NCBI GenBank assembly: GCA_963840455.1 | Contig: CAWIYV010000007.1 | Location: 128,001 to 192,000 of the forward strand | From: Nitrospirota bacterium | GTDB lineage: Bacteria; Nitrospirota; UBA9217 | Direction of reading: 5' to 3' | DNA: 64,000 bases | Shown: in pieces, positions 31,992 to 41,796 of the stretch | How positions within the stretch are numbered: the first letter of the stretch is position 1 | Layout: the number at the start of each line of letters is the position of its first letter | Notes under the pieces: generated by a model | What the model was told of the DNA's origin: nothing | What the model saw: the letters and a program-made list of their open reading frames with translations, nothing else | Databases searched by the model: none | Translations under genes and position numbers: made by a program

Positions 31992-32858
31992 GGACTTTCG
32001 CCGCTGCACCAGCGCGACGCCGCCGATGATCGCGATGCCTCCGACGACGGTAAGAGGCCTGACTGCATCACCGAGGAAGACGGCCGAGACGAGCACCGCG
32101 ATGAAGGGGACGAGATAATGATAGGCGATGGTGCGCGTAGCGCCGATGCGCTTCACCCCCTCGTACCAGAGGACATAGGCCGCTGCCGCGCCGACCAGGG
32201 CTGCGAATCCGAGAGCGGCCCAAGAGCCTGCCGGGACAGCGCTCCAGGACTGGCGCGCAAGTTCCCCGGCGCCGGCGGGCAGGAGCAGTACGGTGCCGGC
32301 GGCCACGCTCCAGGCAGTGACGGTGACGGGCGGGTAGCGTTCGAGCAGCGGGGCGGCCAGGACCGTGTAAAGGGCCCAGAGGACCGACGCGCCGATGGTC
32401 ATCAGGTCCCCGGTGACGGTCGCCATGCCGAAATGGACCTCGCCGCGGGTGCTCCGGATGATGCAATAGGCGCCCGCGGTCGCGAGCAACAGGCCGAGAG
32501 CGAGCGGCGCCCTCAGCCGCTCCCTGCCGCGAAGGGTCTGGAACACGGCCGCGAAGAGCGGCGACATGGAGATGAAGAGTGCCGAATGGGATGCGGTGGT
32601 GAACTGCAGGCCCTTCATGAACAGAAGGTTATAGAACGTGATGCCCGTAAGGCCGAGGGCGGCGAGGGCCGGGAGGTCCCTGCGGGCGACGGCAAAACGC
32701 TCCCGCCTGAGCGCCATCACGCCGAATAGGGCGGCTGCCGCAAGGGCGAACCGGACGACCGTGAAGCTGAGCGGCAGGAAATCAGTAAGGGCGTGCTTGA
32801 TCACCGGGAAGTTGACGCCCCAGATGATTGCGACGATTATCAGGCGAAGGTCCAACAT
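31968..32858 (-). CDS. DMT/EamA family transporter
   Basis: IWGVNF, RF, two EamA repeats, about 10 TM helices. Confidence 0.9.
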   Translation of the reverse strand: MLDLRLIIVAIIWGVNFPVIKHALTDFLPLSFTVVRFALAAAALFGVMALRRERFAVARRDLPALAALGLTGITFYNLLFMKGLQFTTASHSALFISMSPLFAAVFQTLRGRERLRAPLALGLLLATAGAYCIIRSTRGEVHFGMATVTGDLMTIGASVLWALYTVLAAPLLERYPPVTVTAWSVAAGTVLLLPAGAGELARQSWSAVPAGSWAALGFAALVGAAAAYVLWYEGVKRIGATRTIAYHYLVPFIAVLVSAVFLGDAVRPLTVVGGIAIIGGVALVQRRKSEGKKVGR

Positions 32859-32931
32859 AGTGCGGAGTGTCGAGTGCGACTATAGCATAAATTACCTTGA
32901 ATACTCAAATATATTGTGCTATCAATAAGTT

Positions 32932-34032
32932 ATGCAAGGTCTGACACCGCCGTTCAGGGACATTACCGCCGACATTCTCTCGGGGATCGTTGACGGTGTG
33001 ATGGTGGCCGATGAGGCCGGAAACGTTCTCATCTGGAATCGCGCCATTGAGGAGATGACCGGCATCGCCGCGGTAGACGCTCTCGGAAAACAGGCCCGTG
33101 CCGTCCTAGCCGAAAACCCTGCGGTGGTTTCGCAGATCGAGAAGACCTTGGGAACGGGGCGGTCCTATTCTGACTACGAGGCCGAGCTTGTTGCCCGGCA
33201 CCGCGATCCGCTCCCCGTCGGGCTGGTGAGCAGCGTTCTTACCGACGAGGAAGGACGGCCGCAGGGCGTCATCCTCTCGGTCCGCGACCAGCGGGGCGTG
33301 CGGGACCTCAAGGACCGCATGCGTCGGGCCGACCGGCTTGCGTCGATTGGCCAGATCGCGGCCGGCATCGCCCACGAGATCAAGAACCCGTTGGTCGGCA
33401 TCCGCGGCGCTGCGCAGCTCCTGAAGTCAGAGCTCCGGGCAGCGGCCGGCGGCAGCCTCATCGAATATCTTGACGTGATCCTGAAGGAGGCGGACCGGCT
33501 GAACAGTGTGCTCGAGGGGATCCTCGACTTCACCCGGGTGAGCCCCCGGGAGCGGGGAGGATTCAACATTCACAGCATCCTGGACCGCGCGCTCCTGCTG
33601 AACGAGGAGACCGCGCGTCAGAACAATGTGGTGCTCGCCCGGGAATACGATCCGAGCCTGCCCGATGTTATCGGGAACCAGGACCAGCTCATGCAGGTGT
33701 TCCTGAACATCGTCAAGAACGCCGTGGAGGTGATGCCGTCGGGCGGCAGGCTCACGGTGGTCACGCGCATGTCCGATCTGTTCACGAGCGTCCAGGCAGA
33801 CGGCAGGAAGCACCGCCTTATGGTGGTGAAGGTCAGCGACACCGGCTCCGGCATCAGGCAGGAGCATCTGCAGGACATCTTCGCGCCGTTCTTCACCACC
33901 AAGGACAAAGGTGTGGGCCTGGGGCTGGCGCTTTCGTACCAGATCGTGCAGGAGCACCTCGGGACCATCCGGGTCGAGAGCCGCGAAGGGGAGGGGACGA
34001 CCTTCAGCGTGTACCTGCCGCTGGGGGAATGA
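32932..34032 (+). CDS. ntrB: Nitrogen regulation sensor kinase (PAS-HisKA-HATPase)
   Basis: AHEIKNPLVGIRGAAQLL, EADRL, YDPSLP, QVFLNIVKNA: NtrB-specific motifs. Confidence 0.9.
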   Translation: MQGLTPPFRDITADILSGIVDGVMVADEAGNVLIWNRAIEEMTGIAAVDALGKQARAVLAENPAVVSQIEKTLGTGRSYSDYEAELVARHRDPLPVGLVSSVLTDEEGRPQGVILSVRDQRGVRDLKDRMRRADRLASIGQIAAGIAHEIKNPLVGIRGAAQLLKSELRAAAGGSLIEYLDVILKEADRLNSVLEGILDFTRVSPRERGGFNIHSILDRALLLNEETARQNNVVLAREYDPSLPDVIGNQDQLMQVFLNIVKNAVEVMPSGGRLTVVTRMSDLFTSVQADGRKHRLMVVKVSDTGSGIRQEHLQDIFAPFFTTKDKGVGLGLALSYQIVQEHLGTIRVESREGEGTTFSVYLPLGE

Positions 34033-34035
34033 GAT

Positions 34036-34060
34036 GATTGTAGATTGCGGATTGCGAATT
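34036..34060. repeat. 7-nt-unit repeat (gattgcg), single arm, between ntrB and ntrC
   Basis: gattgta-gattgcg-gattgcg-aatt. Confidence 0.65.
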
Positions 34061-34098
34061 GAAAAAATACCGGAAGAGCAGGAATACCGTGGTTCATT

Positions 34099-35553
34099 AT
34101 GACTACTGATCGCATACTGATCGTCGACGACGAAGAGAGCGTCCGGTGGGTATTAAAGAAGTCCCTCGAGAAAGACGGTCTCGAGACCGTGCTCGCCAAG
34201 GACGCGGCCGAGGCCTTCGAACGACTGCAGGACGGTAACATCGCTGTCGTGCTCATGGACATCCGCATGCCGGGCATGAGCGGGCTCGACGCCCTGGAGA
34301 AGGTCCGGAATGAAGGGCGGAACGTCTCGGTCATCATCATGACGGCCCAGAGCACGATGCAGAACGCCATCGAGGCCATGCGGCGCGGCGCCTACGACTA
34401 CATCACCAAGCCCTTCGACCTCGACGAGGTGAACATCCTGGTAAGAAAGGCGCTGGAAGTGCGGCACCTGAGCCAGGAGGTGGACACGCTCCGGGCAGAG
34501 GTGCGGGAGAAATACGAGGGCGGTCTTGTCGGCGGCACGCCGGCCATGCAGGAGATCTACAAGACCATCGGCCGCGTCGCCGAGAGCGACGCCACCGTGC
34601 TCATCCACGGCGAGAGCGGCACCGGGAAGGAACTGGTCGCCCGGGCCATACACTATCACAGTAAGCGCGCGGGCCGCCCTTTCGTGGCGGTGAACTCCGC
34701 TGCCATCCCGGCGGAGCTCCTGGAGAGCGAGCTCTTCGGGCATGAGAAAGGGTCCTTCACCGGCGCCGTGGCGCGCAAGCTGGGGAAATTTGAGGCCGCT
34801 GCCGGCGGCACGCTCTTCCTCGACGAGATCGGCGACATGAGCCTCTCGCTCCAGGGCAAACTGCTGCGGGTGCTTCAGGAAAGGGAGTTCGAGCGCGTGG
34901 GCGGGACGGAGCCCATCAAGACCGATGTGCGCGTGATCGCCGCGACCCACCACAACCTCGAGAAGATGGTTCGCGAGAACCGGTTCCGCGAGGACCTCTT
35001 CTATCGGTTGAACGTCATTCAGATCAATATCCCGCCGCTCCGGAAACGGAAGGACGACGTCGTACCGCTGGCCGAGCACTTCCTCCGGAAGTACCGCGAG
35101 GGGAAGGGCGTGACCGCAAAATCCTTCACGCCCGAGACGCTCAAGGCACTGCGCGCCTATGACTGGCCGGGGAACGTGCGCGAGCTCGAGAACGCGGTCC
35201 AGCGCGCCGTGACGCTCGCCCAAGGCGACAAGATCTTCCCCGACGCGCTCCCCCCGCAGGTCTTCAGGCCGGGCCAGGGCGTGACCATCTCGTTCGAGAG
35301 CTTCCTTGAGGAGAAGCTCGCGGACCTCGTGGAGCGGCTAGGCGGCTTGGACCAGGGCGATATCTATGACCTGGTGATGCAGCGCGTCGAGAAGCCGCTT
35401 ATCACGCATGTGCTCCGGAAGACCGAGGGGAACCAGGTGCGCGCCGCGAGCTTGCTCGGCATCAACCGCAACACGCTCCGGAAGAAGATCAAGGAACTGG
35501 GTATCAAGGGGCCGTTCAACGGCGAGGAAAAGGAGCAGGACGAGGAGGAGTAG
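34099..35553 (+). CDS. ntrC: Sigma54-dependent response regulator (REC-AAA-Fis HTH)
   Basis: GESGTGKE, ELFGHEKGSFTGA, FLDEIG, WPGNVRELEN, LLGINRNTLRKKI. Confidence 0.92.
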   Translation: MTTDRILIVDDEESVRWVLKKSLEKDGLETVLAKDAAEAFERLQDGNIAVVLMDIRMPGMSGLDALEKVRNEGRNVSVIIMTAQSTMQNAIEAMRRGAYDYITKPFDLDEVNILVRKALEVRHLSQEVDTLRAEVREKYEGGLVGGTPAMQEIYKTIGRVAESDATVLIHGESGTGKELVARAIHYHSKRAGRPFVAVNSAAIPAELLESELFGHEKGSFTGAVARKLGKFEAAAGGTLFLDEIGDMSLSLQGKLLRVLQEREFERVGGTEPIKTDVRVIAATHHNLEKMVRENRFREDLFYRLNVIQINIPPLRKRKDDVVPLAEHFLRKYREGKGVTAKSFTPETLKALRAYDWPGNVRELENAVQRAVTLAQGDKIFPDALPPQVFRPGQGVTISFESFLEEKLADLVERLGGLDQGDIYDLVMQRVEKPLITHVLRKTEGNQVRAASLLGINRNTLRKKIKELGIKGPFNGEEKEQDEEE

Positions 35554-35592
35554 GGGGTACGGGGGTACGGCAAAAGACGAGAACGCATTCAC

Positions 35593-35626
35593 AGGCCCGT
35601 TCCGGGAACATCCGGGACGGGCTTTT
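35593..35626 (+). terminator. Probable terminator after ntrC
   Basis: ggcccgttccgg-gaacat-ccgggacgggc-tttt. Confidence 0.65.
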
Positions 35627-35809
35627 GTCATCTCGGGGAGATGTTCCTCTTGATAGAGCTGCCTGTTGTACCATCTATCATCTGGCCGGAAACTCTTGTC
35701 CATCCTTACTCTAATAATATATAGAGAGAATAGAGGTCGGTCCGAGGAAAAGGAAGAATGGGCATGCTCTACCATATACGTTGCTCGTGATGTTCCTAGG
35801 GCCCATCCA

Positions 35810-36433
35810 TCATAATTCTACCGGGTTCAGTCCGGTATAGATATAGAGGGTGAAATCGTCCTGCACGCGGTCGTGGCGGAGGGCAAAGTAAGGGGAGAGG
35901 TTCTCGAGGGTGAACTTGACCATTTCTTCGGGCGACGTGTAATTCAGCTCCGGGTCCTTGATGGGCGTGTGGGACGACAGGGCGTTCAGGGCAAGACCTT
36001 TGTTGCAGTGTTTGAACAGCGTGATCAGCGCCTCCTTCAGGTCGTCCGCGACGCCCGGCACCCGCAGGTTGAAGACGCCGCAGATGACGATGTAGTCGAA
36101 GAACCCTTCCAGCCGGTCCTCCGAAGCGTCCATGACCTGGAACGAACATTCGGGATACTTCTTTTTCGCGAGCTCGATGAAGTTCTCGTTGATGTCCACT
36201 CCAGTGTAGCGTACGTCGAGACCACGGCGCTTCAGGAACCGGTAGAAGTCGCCGGTGCCGCAGCCGTAATCGAGAATGCTCGCGTTGTTCAGATGAGGCG
36301 AGATCTCGGCCAGGGCGTGGTACCGACGGAGCTGGCCCTGCGGCGTCCAGCGGAGCGCCTCGGGGCGATCGCCGAACTGCTTCAGATGGAAGTTGTAAAA
36401 AGAAAGCAGATGTTCTCGTGAGTAGGGGTCCAT
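35810..36433 (-). CDS. Class I SAM-dependent methyltransferase
   Basis: ILDYGCGTG, YTGVDIN, FDYIVICGVFN. Confidence 0.88.
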   Translation of the reverse strand: MDPYSREHLLSFYNFHLKQFGDRPEALRWTPQGQLRRYHALAEISPHLNNASILDYGCGTGDFYRFLKRRGLDVRYTGVDINENFIELAKKKYPECSFQVMDASEDRLEGFFDYIVICGVFNLRVPGVADDLKEALITLFKHCNKGLALNALSSHTPIKDPELNYTSPEEMVKFTLENLSPYFALRHDRVQDDFTLYIYTGLNPVEL

Positions 36434-36604
36434 GGCTTATCTTCAGCGCAAAAATTTTCAGTATATTTTACGGCATTCGCCGCGGTCATGCAAGATGCGA
36501 AGAGGGCCTTCCTGTATTTATAGGCTGATAAGTTTTGCTTATGTGGTGCCCGTTGTCGAGAATTAAGACAATTAGCATCCTCATAACTTTTCGTAACGTT
36601 TCGC

Positions 36605-36633
36605 TTGACAAAAAAATGGCGTTATCTTATCAT
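36605..36633 (+). promoter_or_regulatory. Sigma70 promoter of the nuo operon
   Basis: TTGACA-N17-TATCAT, 57 nt upstream of nuoA. Confidence 0.75.
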
Positions 36634-36690
36634 GCCTGCGTTTCAGAACATCTGCTAACTAAAATTTAATACCTAAGCGAGGGAGTAGCC

Positions 36691-37065
36691 ATGACTCCTG
36701 GATCCTATCTTCCGGGACATTTTCTTCCAGTCGCAATCTTTCTCCTCGTCGGCCTTGCCGTCGGGGTCGGCATGCTGGTCTTCAGCAGGCTGGTCAGCCC
36801 CCGGAAACCCTACCGGGAAAAGCTCATGACCTATGAGTCCGGCATCACCCCCTTTTCCGACGCTCACCAGAAGTTCTCCATCCGTTACTATATCATTGCC
36901 ATGCTGTTCCTTATCTTCGACATCGAAGCAGTGTTCCTCTATCCCTGGGCCGTTGCGTACAACAAGATCGGTCTGTACGGGCTCGTGGAGATGGTGATCT
37001 TCATCATCATTCTCCTGGTCGGGTATGTGTACGCGTGGAAGAAGGGGGCCCTGGAATGGGAATAA
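36691..37065 (+). CDS. nuoA: NADH-quinone oxidoreductase subunit A
   Basis: [28 protein letters not shown]. Confidence 0.96.
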   Translation: MTPGSYLPGHFLPVAIFLLVGLAVGVGMLVFSRLVSPRKPYREKLMTYESGITPFSDAHQKFSIRYYIIAMLFLIFDIEAVFLYPWAVAYNKIGLYGLVEMVIFIIILLVGYVYAWKKGALEWE

Positions 37066-37541
37066 TCCAGAACGTTTTCGAAGAAGGATACGTCACGACC
37101 AAGCTCGACGAGCTCTTGAACCTCGCGCGGTCGTGCTCGATCTGGCCCATGACCTTCGGCCTCGCCTGCTGCGCCATCGAGATGATCCAGTACTATTCCG
37201 CGCCGCAGCATGACTTCGACCGTTTCGGCACCGTGCCGCGCCCGTCGCCGCGCCAGTCCGACCTGCTCCTGGTCGCCGGTACGTTGACGAAGAAGATGGC
37301 GCCGATCGTGCGCCGCGTCTATGACCAGATGCCCGAGCCCCGTTACGTGATCGCCATGGGCAGCTGCGCAAGCTCGGGCGGCATCTTCAACACCTACAGC
37401 GTCGTCCAGGGTGTTGACAACATCGTTCCCGTGGACGTCTATATCCCGGGCTGCCCCCCGCGGCCCGAGGCCCTCATGTTCGGGATCATGAAGCTGCAGG
37501 AAAAGATCCGGAAAGAGCACTATATAAGGAAAGAAAAGTAG
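37056..37541 (+). CDS. nuoB: NADH-quinone oxidoreductase subunit B
   Basis: [29 protein letters not shown]. Confidence 0.96.
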   Translation: MGIIQNVFEEGYVTTKLDELLNLARSCSIWPMTFGLACCAIEMIQYYSAPQHDFDRFGTVPRPSPRQSDLLLVAGTLTKKMAPIVRRVYDQMPEPRYVIAMGSCASSGGIFNTYSVVQGVDNIVPVDVYIPGCPPRPEALMFGIMKLQEKIRKEHYIRKEK

Positions 37542-37584
37542 CCTGTTCACGAAATCCCCGAGAGATGGTTCGAGAGAGACGGTT

Positions 37585-38055
37585 ATGGATGCTGATCAGA
37601 TAGCGAAGATGATCGAAGAGAAGTTCCCTGGCGAGGTGCTGGGAACCGTGACCCACGCCGGGCAGACCGGTGTCATGGTCAAACCGGAGCGGATCCGTGA
37701 CATCTGCCGTTTCCTCCATGACGAGCCGTCGCTCCGCATGGACTTCCTGGCGGACCTGACCGCCGTGGACTACTCAGCCTACCCGGGCGACACGGGGCTC
37801 CGGTTCGAGGTGGTGTACAACCTCATCTCCACCGTGTTCCGGCACCGCATCCGTCTCAAGGTGCGGGTGCCCGAGGACCAGCCGCGGGTGGACACGGTGA
37901 CGGAGATCTGGCAGACGGCGAACTGGCACGAGCGCGAGACCTACGACCTCATGGGCATCATCTTCAACGGCCACCCCGACCTCCGCAGGATCCTGCTGCC
38001 CGAGGACTGGGTCGGTCATCCGCTCCGGAAGGAATACCCGCTGAAAGGCTTTTAG
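37585..38055 (+). CDS. nuoC: NADH-quinone oxidoreductase subunit C
   Basis: ANWHERETYDLMG, GHPDLRRIL, GHPLRKEYP. Confidence 0.96.
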   Translation: MDADQIAKMIEEKFPGEVLGTVTHAGQTGVMVKPERIRDICRFLHDEPSLRMDFLADLTAVDYSAYPGDTGLRFEVVYNLISTVFRHRIRLKVRVPEDQPRVDTVTEIWQTANWHERETYDLMGIIFNGHPDLRRILLPEDWVGHPLRKEYPLKGF

Positions 38056-38059
38056 ACCG

Positions 38060-38136
38060 AGGGTCAAGGAGCAAGGGGCCAGGGTCAAGTATGCTGACGT
38101 CACCGGGACCCCGGACCCTGTGTCCTGTACCCTTGC
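38060..38136. repeat. 7-nt-unit inverted repeat (agggtca/tgaccct type) between nuoC and nuoD
   Basis: agggtca-aggagca-aggggcc-agggtca ... ggaccc-cggaccc-tgtgtcc-tgtaccc-ttgc. Confidence 0.7.
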
Positions 38137-38151
38137 ATGCATGGTGAACCT

Positions 38152-39351
38152 ATGTCATCGACCGAAACTGCAGACAACAAGATCGTAACAAAAGAGATAA
38201 CGCTCAACATGGGGCCGCAGCATCCGAGCACGCACGGCGTGCTCCGGCTGGTGCTTGATCTCCAGGGCGAGACCGTCGTCGGCGTCGACCCGCGGCCGGG
38301 CTACCTCCATCGCGGGATCGAGAAATGGTGCGAGTCCCGGACCTACCACCAGATCATTCCGATGACGGACCGGCTCGAGTACATTTCGTGCTTCAATAAC
38401 AACCTGGGCTATGTAGTGGCCGTGGAGAAGCTCGGCGGAGTCACCGTGCCGGAGCGGGCGCAGTTCCTCCGGACCCTCCTGGCGGAGCTGGGCAGACTCA
38501 GCGCCCATCTCGTCTGGCTCGGGACACACGCCCTCGACATCGGCGCCATGACGGTATGCATGTACACCCTCCGCGAGCGCGAGCTCATCCTCGATCTCTT
38601 CGAGATGGCCAGCGGCGCGCGCCAGACCGTGAGCTTTGCCCGCATCGGGGGCATCCGGAACGACGTGTCCCGGGACTTCCTCGACAAGTGCCGGGAGTTC
38701 ACCGAGATCTTCCCCAAGCGGCTCCATGACTATGATACGCTGATCCGCGAGAACCGTATCTGGCTCAAACGCACCAAGGGCATCGGCATTGTGTCCGCTG
38801 AGGATGCGATCAGCCTTGGCATGACCGGCGGCACCCTGCGCGGCTCGGGTGTCGACTACGACCTGCGCAAGGTGGAACCCTACGCGGCCTATGACAAGGT
38901 GGAGTTCGACGTGCCGCTCGGCGAGAATGGCGATGTCTACGACCGTTATATCGTGCGCATCAACGAGATGCGCCAGAGCAACCGCATCATTAAACAGTGC
39001 CTCGACATGCTGCCGCAGGGACCGGTAATGACCGGCGACCCGCGTTACGCTGTGCCGGAGAAGGCCAGCGTCATGCAAAACATGGAGGCCCTGGCCCATC
39101 AGTTCGTGCTTATGAGCAAGTGGGTGCCCATGCCCAAGGGCGAGGTGTATGTCGCCACCGAGGGTCCCAAGGGAGAGGTCGGGTTCTTCATTGTCAGCGA
39201 CGGCAGCGGCCGGCCCTACCGCATGAAGATCCGCTCCCCATCGTTCATCAATCTGAGCGCCATCCCGAAGATGACGATCGGCGGCATGGTTTCCGATGTG
39301 GTCGCCTGCATCGGCACCATCGACATCGTGCTCGGCGAGTGCGACCGCTAA
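38152..39351 (+). CDS. nuoD: NADH-quinone oxidoreductase subunit D
   Basis: NMGPQHPSTHGVLRL, GYLHRG, EGPKGE, DIVLGECDR. Confidence 0.96.
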   Translation: MSSTETADNKIVTKEITLNMGPQHPSTHGVLRLVLDLQGETVVGVDPRPGYLHRGIEKWCESRTYHQIIPMTDRLEYISCFNNNLGYVVAVEKLGGVTVPERAQFLRTLLAELGRLSAHLVWLGTHALDIGAMTVCMYTLRERELILDLFEMASGARQTVSFARIGGIRNDVSRDFLDKCREFTEIFPKRLHDYDTLIRENRIWLKRTKGIGIVSAEDAISLGMTGGTLRGSGVDYDLRKVEPYAAYDKVEFDVPLGENGDVYDRYIVRINEMRQSNRIIKQCLDMLPQGPVMTGDPRYAVPEKASVMQNMEALAHQFVLMSKWVPMPKGEVYVATEGPKGEVGFFIVSDGSGRPYRMKIRSPSFINLSAIPKMTIGGMVSDVVACIGTIDIVLGECDR

Positions 39352-39383
39352 GGTCTGTTCCGAAACCACCAGGAGGGGTTGCC

Positions 39384-39863
39384 ATGGTCAAGGTCAAAGA
39401 CATCGAGGAACTACCGCTGTTCAAGGGATTGTCAGGCGACGAGCTCAAGGCCATCGCTGAGATCATCACGTCGGACACGCATCCCGCCGGCAAGCCGATC
39501 TTCGAAGAGGGTGAAGTGACCTGCCCCTGCATCTACATCATCCAGAAGGGGAAGGTGGACGTGCAGAAGCATAACAAGGACGGCGACACGCTCACCCTGT
39601 CGGTGCAGCGGGAGGGGAGCTTCTTCGGCGAGCTGTCGTTCATCGACAACAAGCCCCACTCGGCGACGCTCACAACGGCTTCCGAGGAGTCGGTGGTGCT
39701 CAAGATCGACCGGAACGATTTCGACAAGTTCGTGGTGCGCTACCCGAACGCCGGGTTCAAGGTGCTCATGAATGTCGTCCAGGACATCTCCCAGCTGGTC
39801 CGCAGAATGAACTCCCAGTACGTCGACATGGCGGGGTACGTGTTCGGCAGGACGAAGAGGTAG
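39384..39863 (+). CDS. Stand-alone cyclic-nucleotide-binding domain protein inside the nuo operon
   Basis: PLFKGLS, IFEEGE, YIIQKGKV, FFGELSFID..PHSAT; no HTH; AGGAGG RBS before ATG 39384. Confidence 0.88.
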   Translation: MVKVKDIEELPLFKGLSGDELKAIAEIITSDTHPAGKPIFEEGEVTCPCIYIIQKGKVDVQKHNKDGDTLTLSVQREGSFFGELSFIDNKPHSATLTTASEESVVLKIDRNDFDKFVVRYPNAGFKVLMNVVQDISQLVRRMNSQYVDMAGYVFGRTKR

Positions 39864-39871
39864 GAAACGGT

Positions 39872-40390
39872 ATGAGCGAACAACACGAGGAAGCGCATTT
39901 CTGCCGGACGGCCGGCGAAAAGATCATGTTCAGCGATGCGATCGTGCAGGCCATCAAGAAGGTCCAGCAGCGCTATCCCGATACACAGGGCGCCGTGCTC
40001 CCGGCGCTCCACATCATCCAGAAGGAATACGGCCATCTGACCTACGAGGCCATGCGGTTCGTTTCGCAGCAGCTGCGGGTGCCCGAGTCGGACGTGTTCG
40101 GCACGGCGACCTTCTACTCGCTGTATCGCTGGAAGAATTCCGGCAGGCACCAGATCCAGATATGCCACAACCTTTCCTGCTCGCTCCTTGGCGCGGAAAC
40201 GATGATCGCGCATCTGGAAAAGAAGCTGGGGGTCTGCGAGGGCCAGGTGACGAAGGACGGAAGGTTCTCGTTCATCCGGATGGAGTGCATCGGCCGGTGC
40301 GACGGAGCTCCCGCCATGCTCGTGGGTGACGACTACCATGGCGACCTGACGCCGGCAAAGATCGACGATATTCTGAAGAAGTACGAATAG
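39872..40390 (+). CDS. nuoE: NADH-quinone oxidoreductase subunit E
   Basis: ATFYSLY, CHNLSC...CIGRC (2Fe-2S). Confidence 0.94.
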   Translation: MSEQHEEAHFCRTAGEKIMFSDAIVQAIKKVQQRYPDTQGAVLPALHIIQKEYGHLTYEAMRFVSQQLRVPESDVFGTATFYSLYRWKNSGRHQIQICHNLSCSLLGAETMIAHLEKKLGVCEGQVTKDGRFSFIRMECIGRCDGAPAMLVGDDYHGDLTPAKIDDILKKYE

Positions 40391-40420
40391 CGGTTTGTCC
40401 TCCTGGAAAGACTAAAGACT

Positions 40421-40509
40421 TTTCACCGCAGAGGGCGCAGAGGACGCCGAGCAATACATCTTCGTTGATTCTTGTTCTCCTCTGCGATCTCCGCGATCTC
40501 TGCGGTAAA
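40421..40509. repeat. 9-nt-unit inverted repeat element between nuoE and nuoF
   Basis: tttcaccgcagag-ggcgcagag-gacgccgag ... ctctgcgat-ctccgcgat-ctctgcggtaaa. Confidence 0.85.
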
Positions 40510-40529
40510 GCGACAAGGAAGTTATCTAT

Positions 40530-41789
40530 ATGGAAAAGATGCTCCTCAAACGGGTCGACATCCCGAACGCGGCGGACATCGACGTTGCCCAGAAGCACGG
40601 CGCCTATTCCACGCTGAAAACGGCCTTCGATATGCGGCCGGTGGACCTGGTGAACGAGGTGAAGCGGGCCAACCTGCGCGGCCGCGGTGGCGCGGGTTTT
40701 CCCACGGGCCTCAAGTGGGAGCTCTGCTCCCGCGTGCCCGGCGCCCTGAAGTATCTTCTGTGCAATGCCGACGAGGGCGAGCCGGGAACGTTCAAGGACC
40801 GGTTCATCCTCCTCCACGACCCGCACCTCCTGATCGAGGGGATGGTCATCTCCGGCTTCGCCATCGGCGCGGAGCGGGGCTACATCTATCTCCGATATGA
40901 ATATCCCACGGCCCTCGGCGTTCTCGAGAGGGCCATTGAGCAGGCCTACGCGAAAGGCTATCTCGGCAAGAACATCCTCGGCAAGGGGGTGAACTTCGAC
41001 CTCTCCGTGCACCGCGGCGCCGGGGCCTACATCTGCGGCGAGGAAACGGCGCTCATCGAGTCCCTCGAAGGCAAACGCGGCCAGCCCCGCATCCGGCCGC
41101 CGTTCCCGGCGAGCCAGGGCGCGTGGCGGAAGCCCACGGTCATCAACAACGTCGAGACGCTCTCCAACATCCCGTACCTCATTGCCATGGGCGCCGACGC
41201 CTACGCCAAGATCGGCGAGGAATCCTCCCCGGGTCCCAAGCTCTACGGCGTAAGCGGCATGGTGAACAAGCCGGGCGTCTATGAGCTTCCCATGGGCACG
41301 ACCCTCCGGGAGATCATCTATACCCACTGCGGTGGCGTTCGCAGCGGCAAGAAGCTCAAGGCGATCATTCCTGGCGGCGCGTCCACGCCCATGCTGACCG
41401 AGAGCCATCTGGACGTAAAGATGGACTTCAACTCCCTTGTCTCCGCCGGCTCAATGCTCGGTTCCGGCGCCGTGATGGTCATGGACGAGACGGTCAACAT
41501 GGTGCAGGTCGCGTACACGCTGGTTCGGTTCTTTGCCCACGAGTCCTGCGGCAAGTGCACGCCCTGCCGCGAGGGGACTTCGTGGCTCTACCAGGTCTAC
41601 AAGCGTCTCATGCACGGCGAGGGCAAACCCGAGGACATCGACCTGCTCCTGTACATCTGCGAGACCGTGAAGGGCAAGTGCTTCTGTCCGCTGGGCGAAG
41701 GCGCGATCCAGCCGGTCCTGTCGAGCATCAAGCATTTCCGCGGCGACTACGAGGAGTGGATCAAGAGCGGGAAGACTGCTCATGCTTAA
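40530..41789 (+). CDS. nuoF: NADH-quinone oxidoreductase subunit F
   Basis: LRGRGGAGFPTGLKW, NADEGEPGTFKDR, GAGAYICGEETAL, ESCGKCTPCREG. Confidence 0.96.
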   Translation: MEKMLLKRVDIPNAADIDVAQKHGAYSTLKTAFDMRPVDLVNEVKRANLRGRGGAGFPTGLKWELCSRVPGALKYLLCNADEGEPGTFKDRFILLHDPHLLIEGMVISGFAIGAERGYIYLRYEYPTALGVLERAIEQAYAKGYLGKNILGKGVNFDLSVHRGAGAYICGEETALIESLEGKRGQPRIRPPFPASQGAWRKPTVINNVETLSNIPYLIAMGADAYAKIGEESSPGPKLYGVSGMVNKPGVYELPMGTTLREIIYTHCGGVRSGKKLKAIIPGGASTPMLTESHLDVKMDFNSLVSAGSMLGSGAVMVMDETVNMVQVAYTLVRFFAHESCGKCTPCREGTSWLYQVYKRLMHGEGKPEDIDLLLYICETVKGKCFCPLGEGAIQPVLSSIKHFRGDYEEWIKSGKTAHA

Positions 41790-41796
41790 CGAGATG

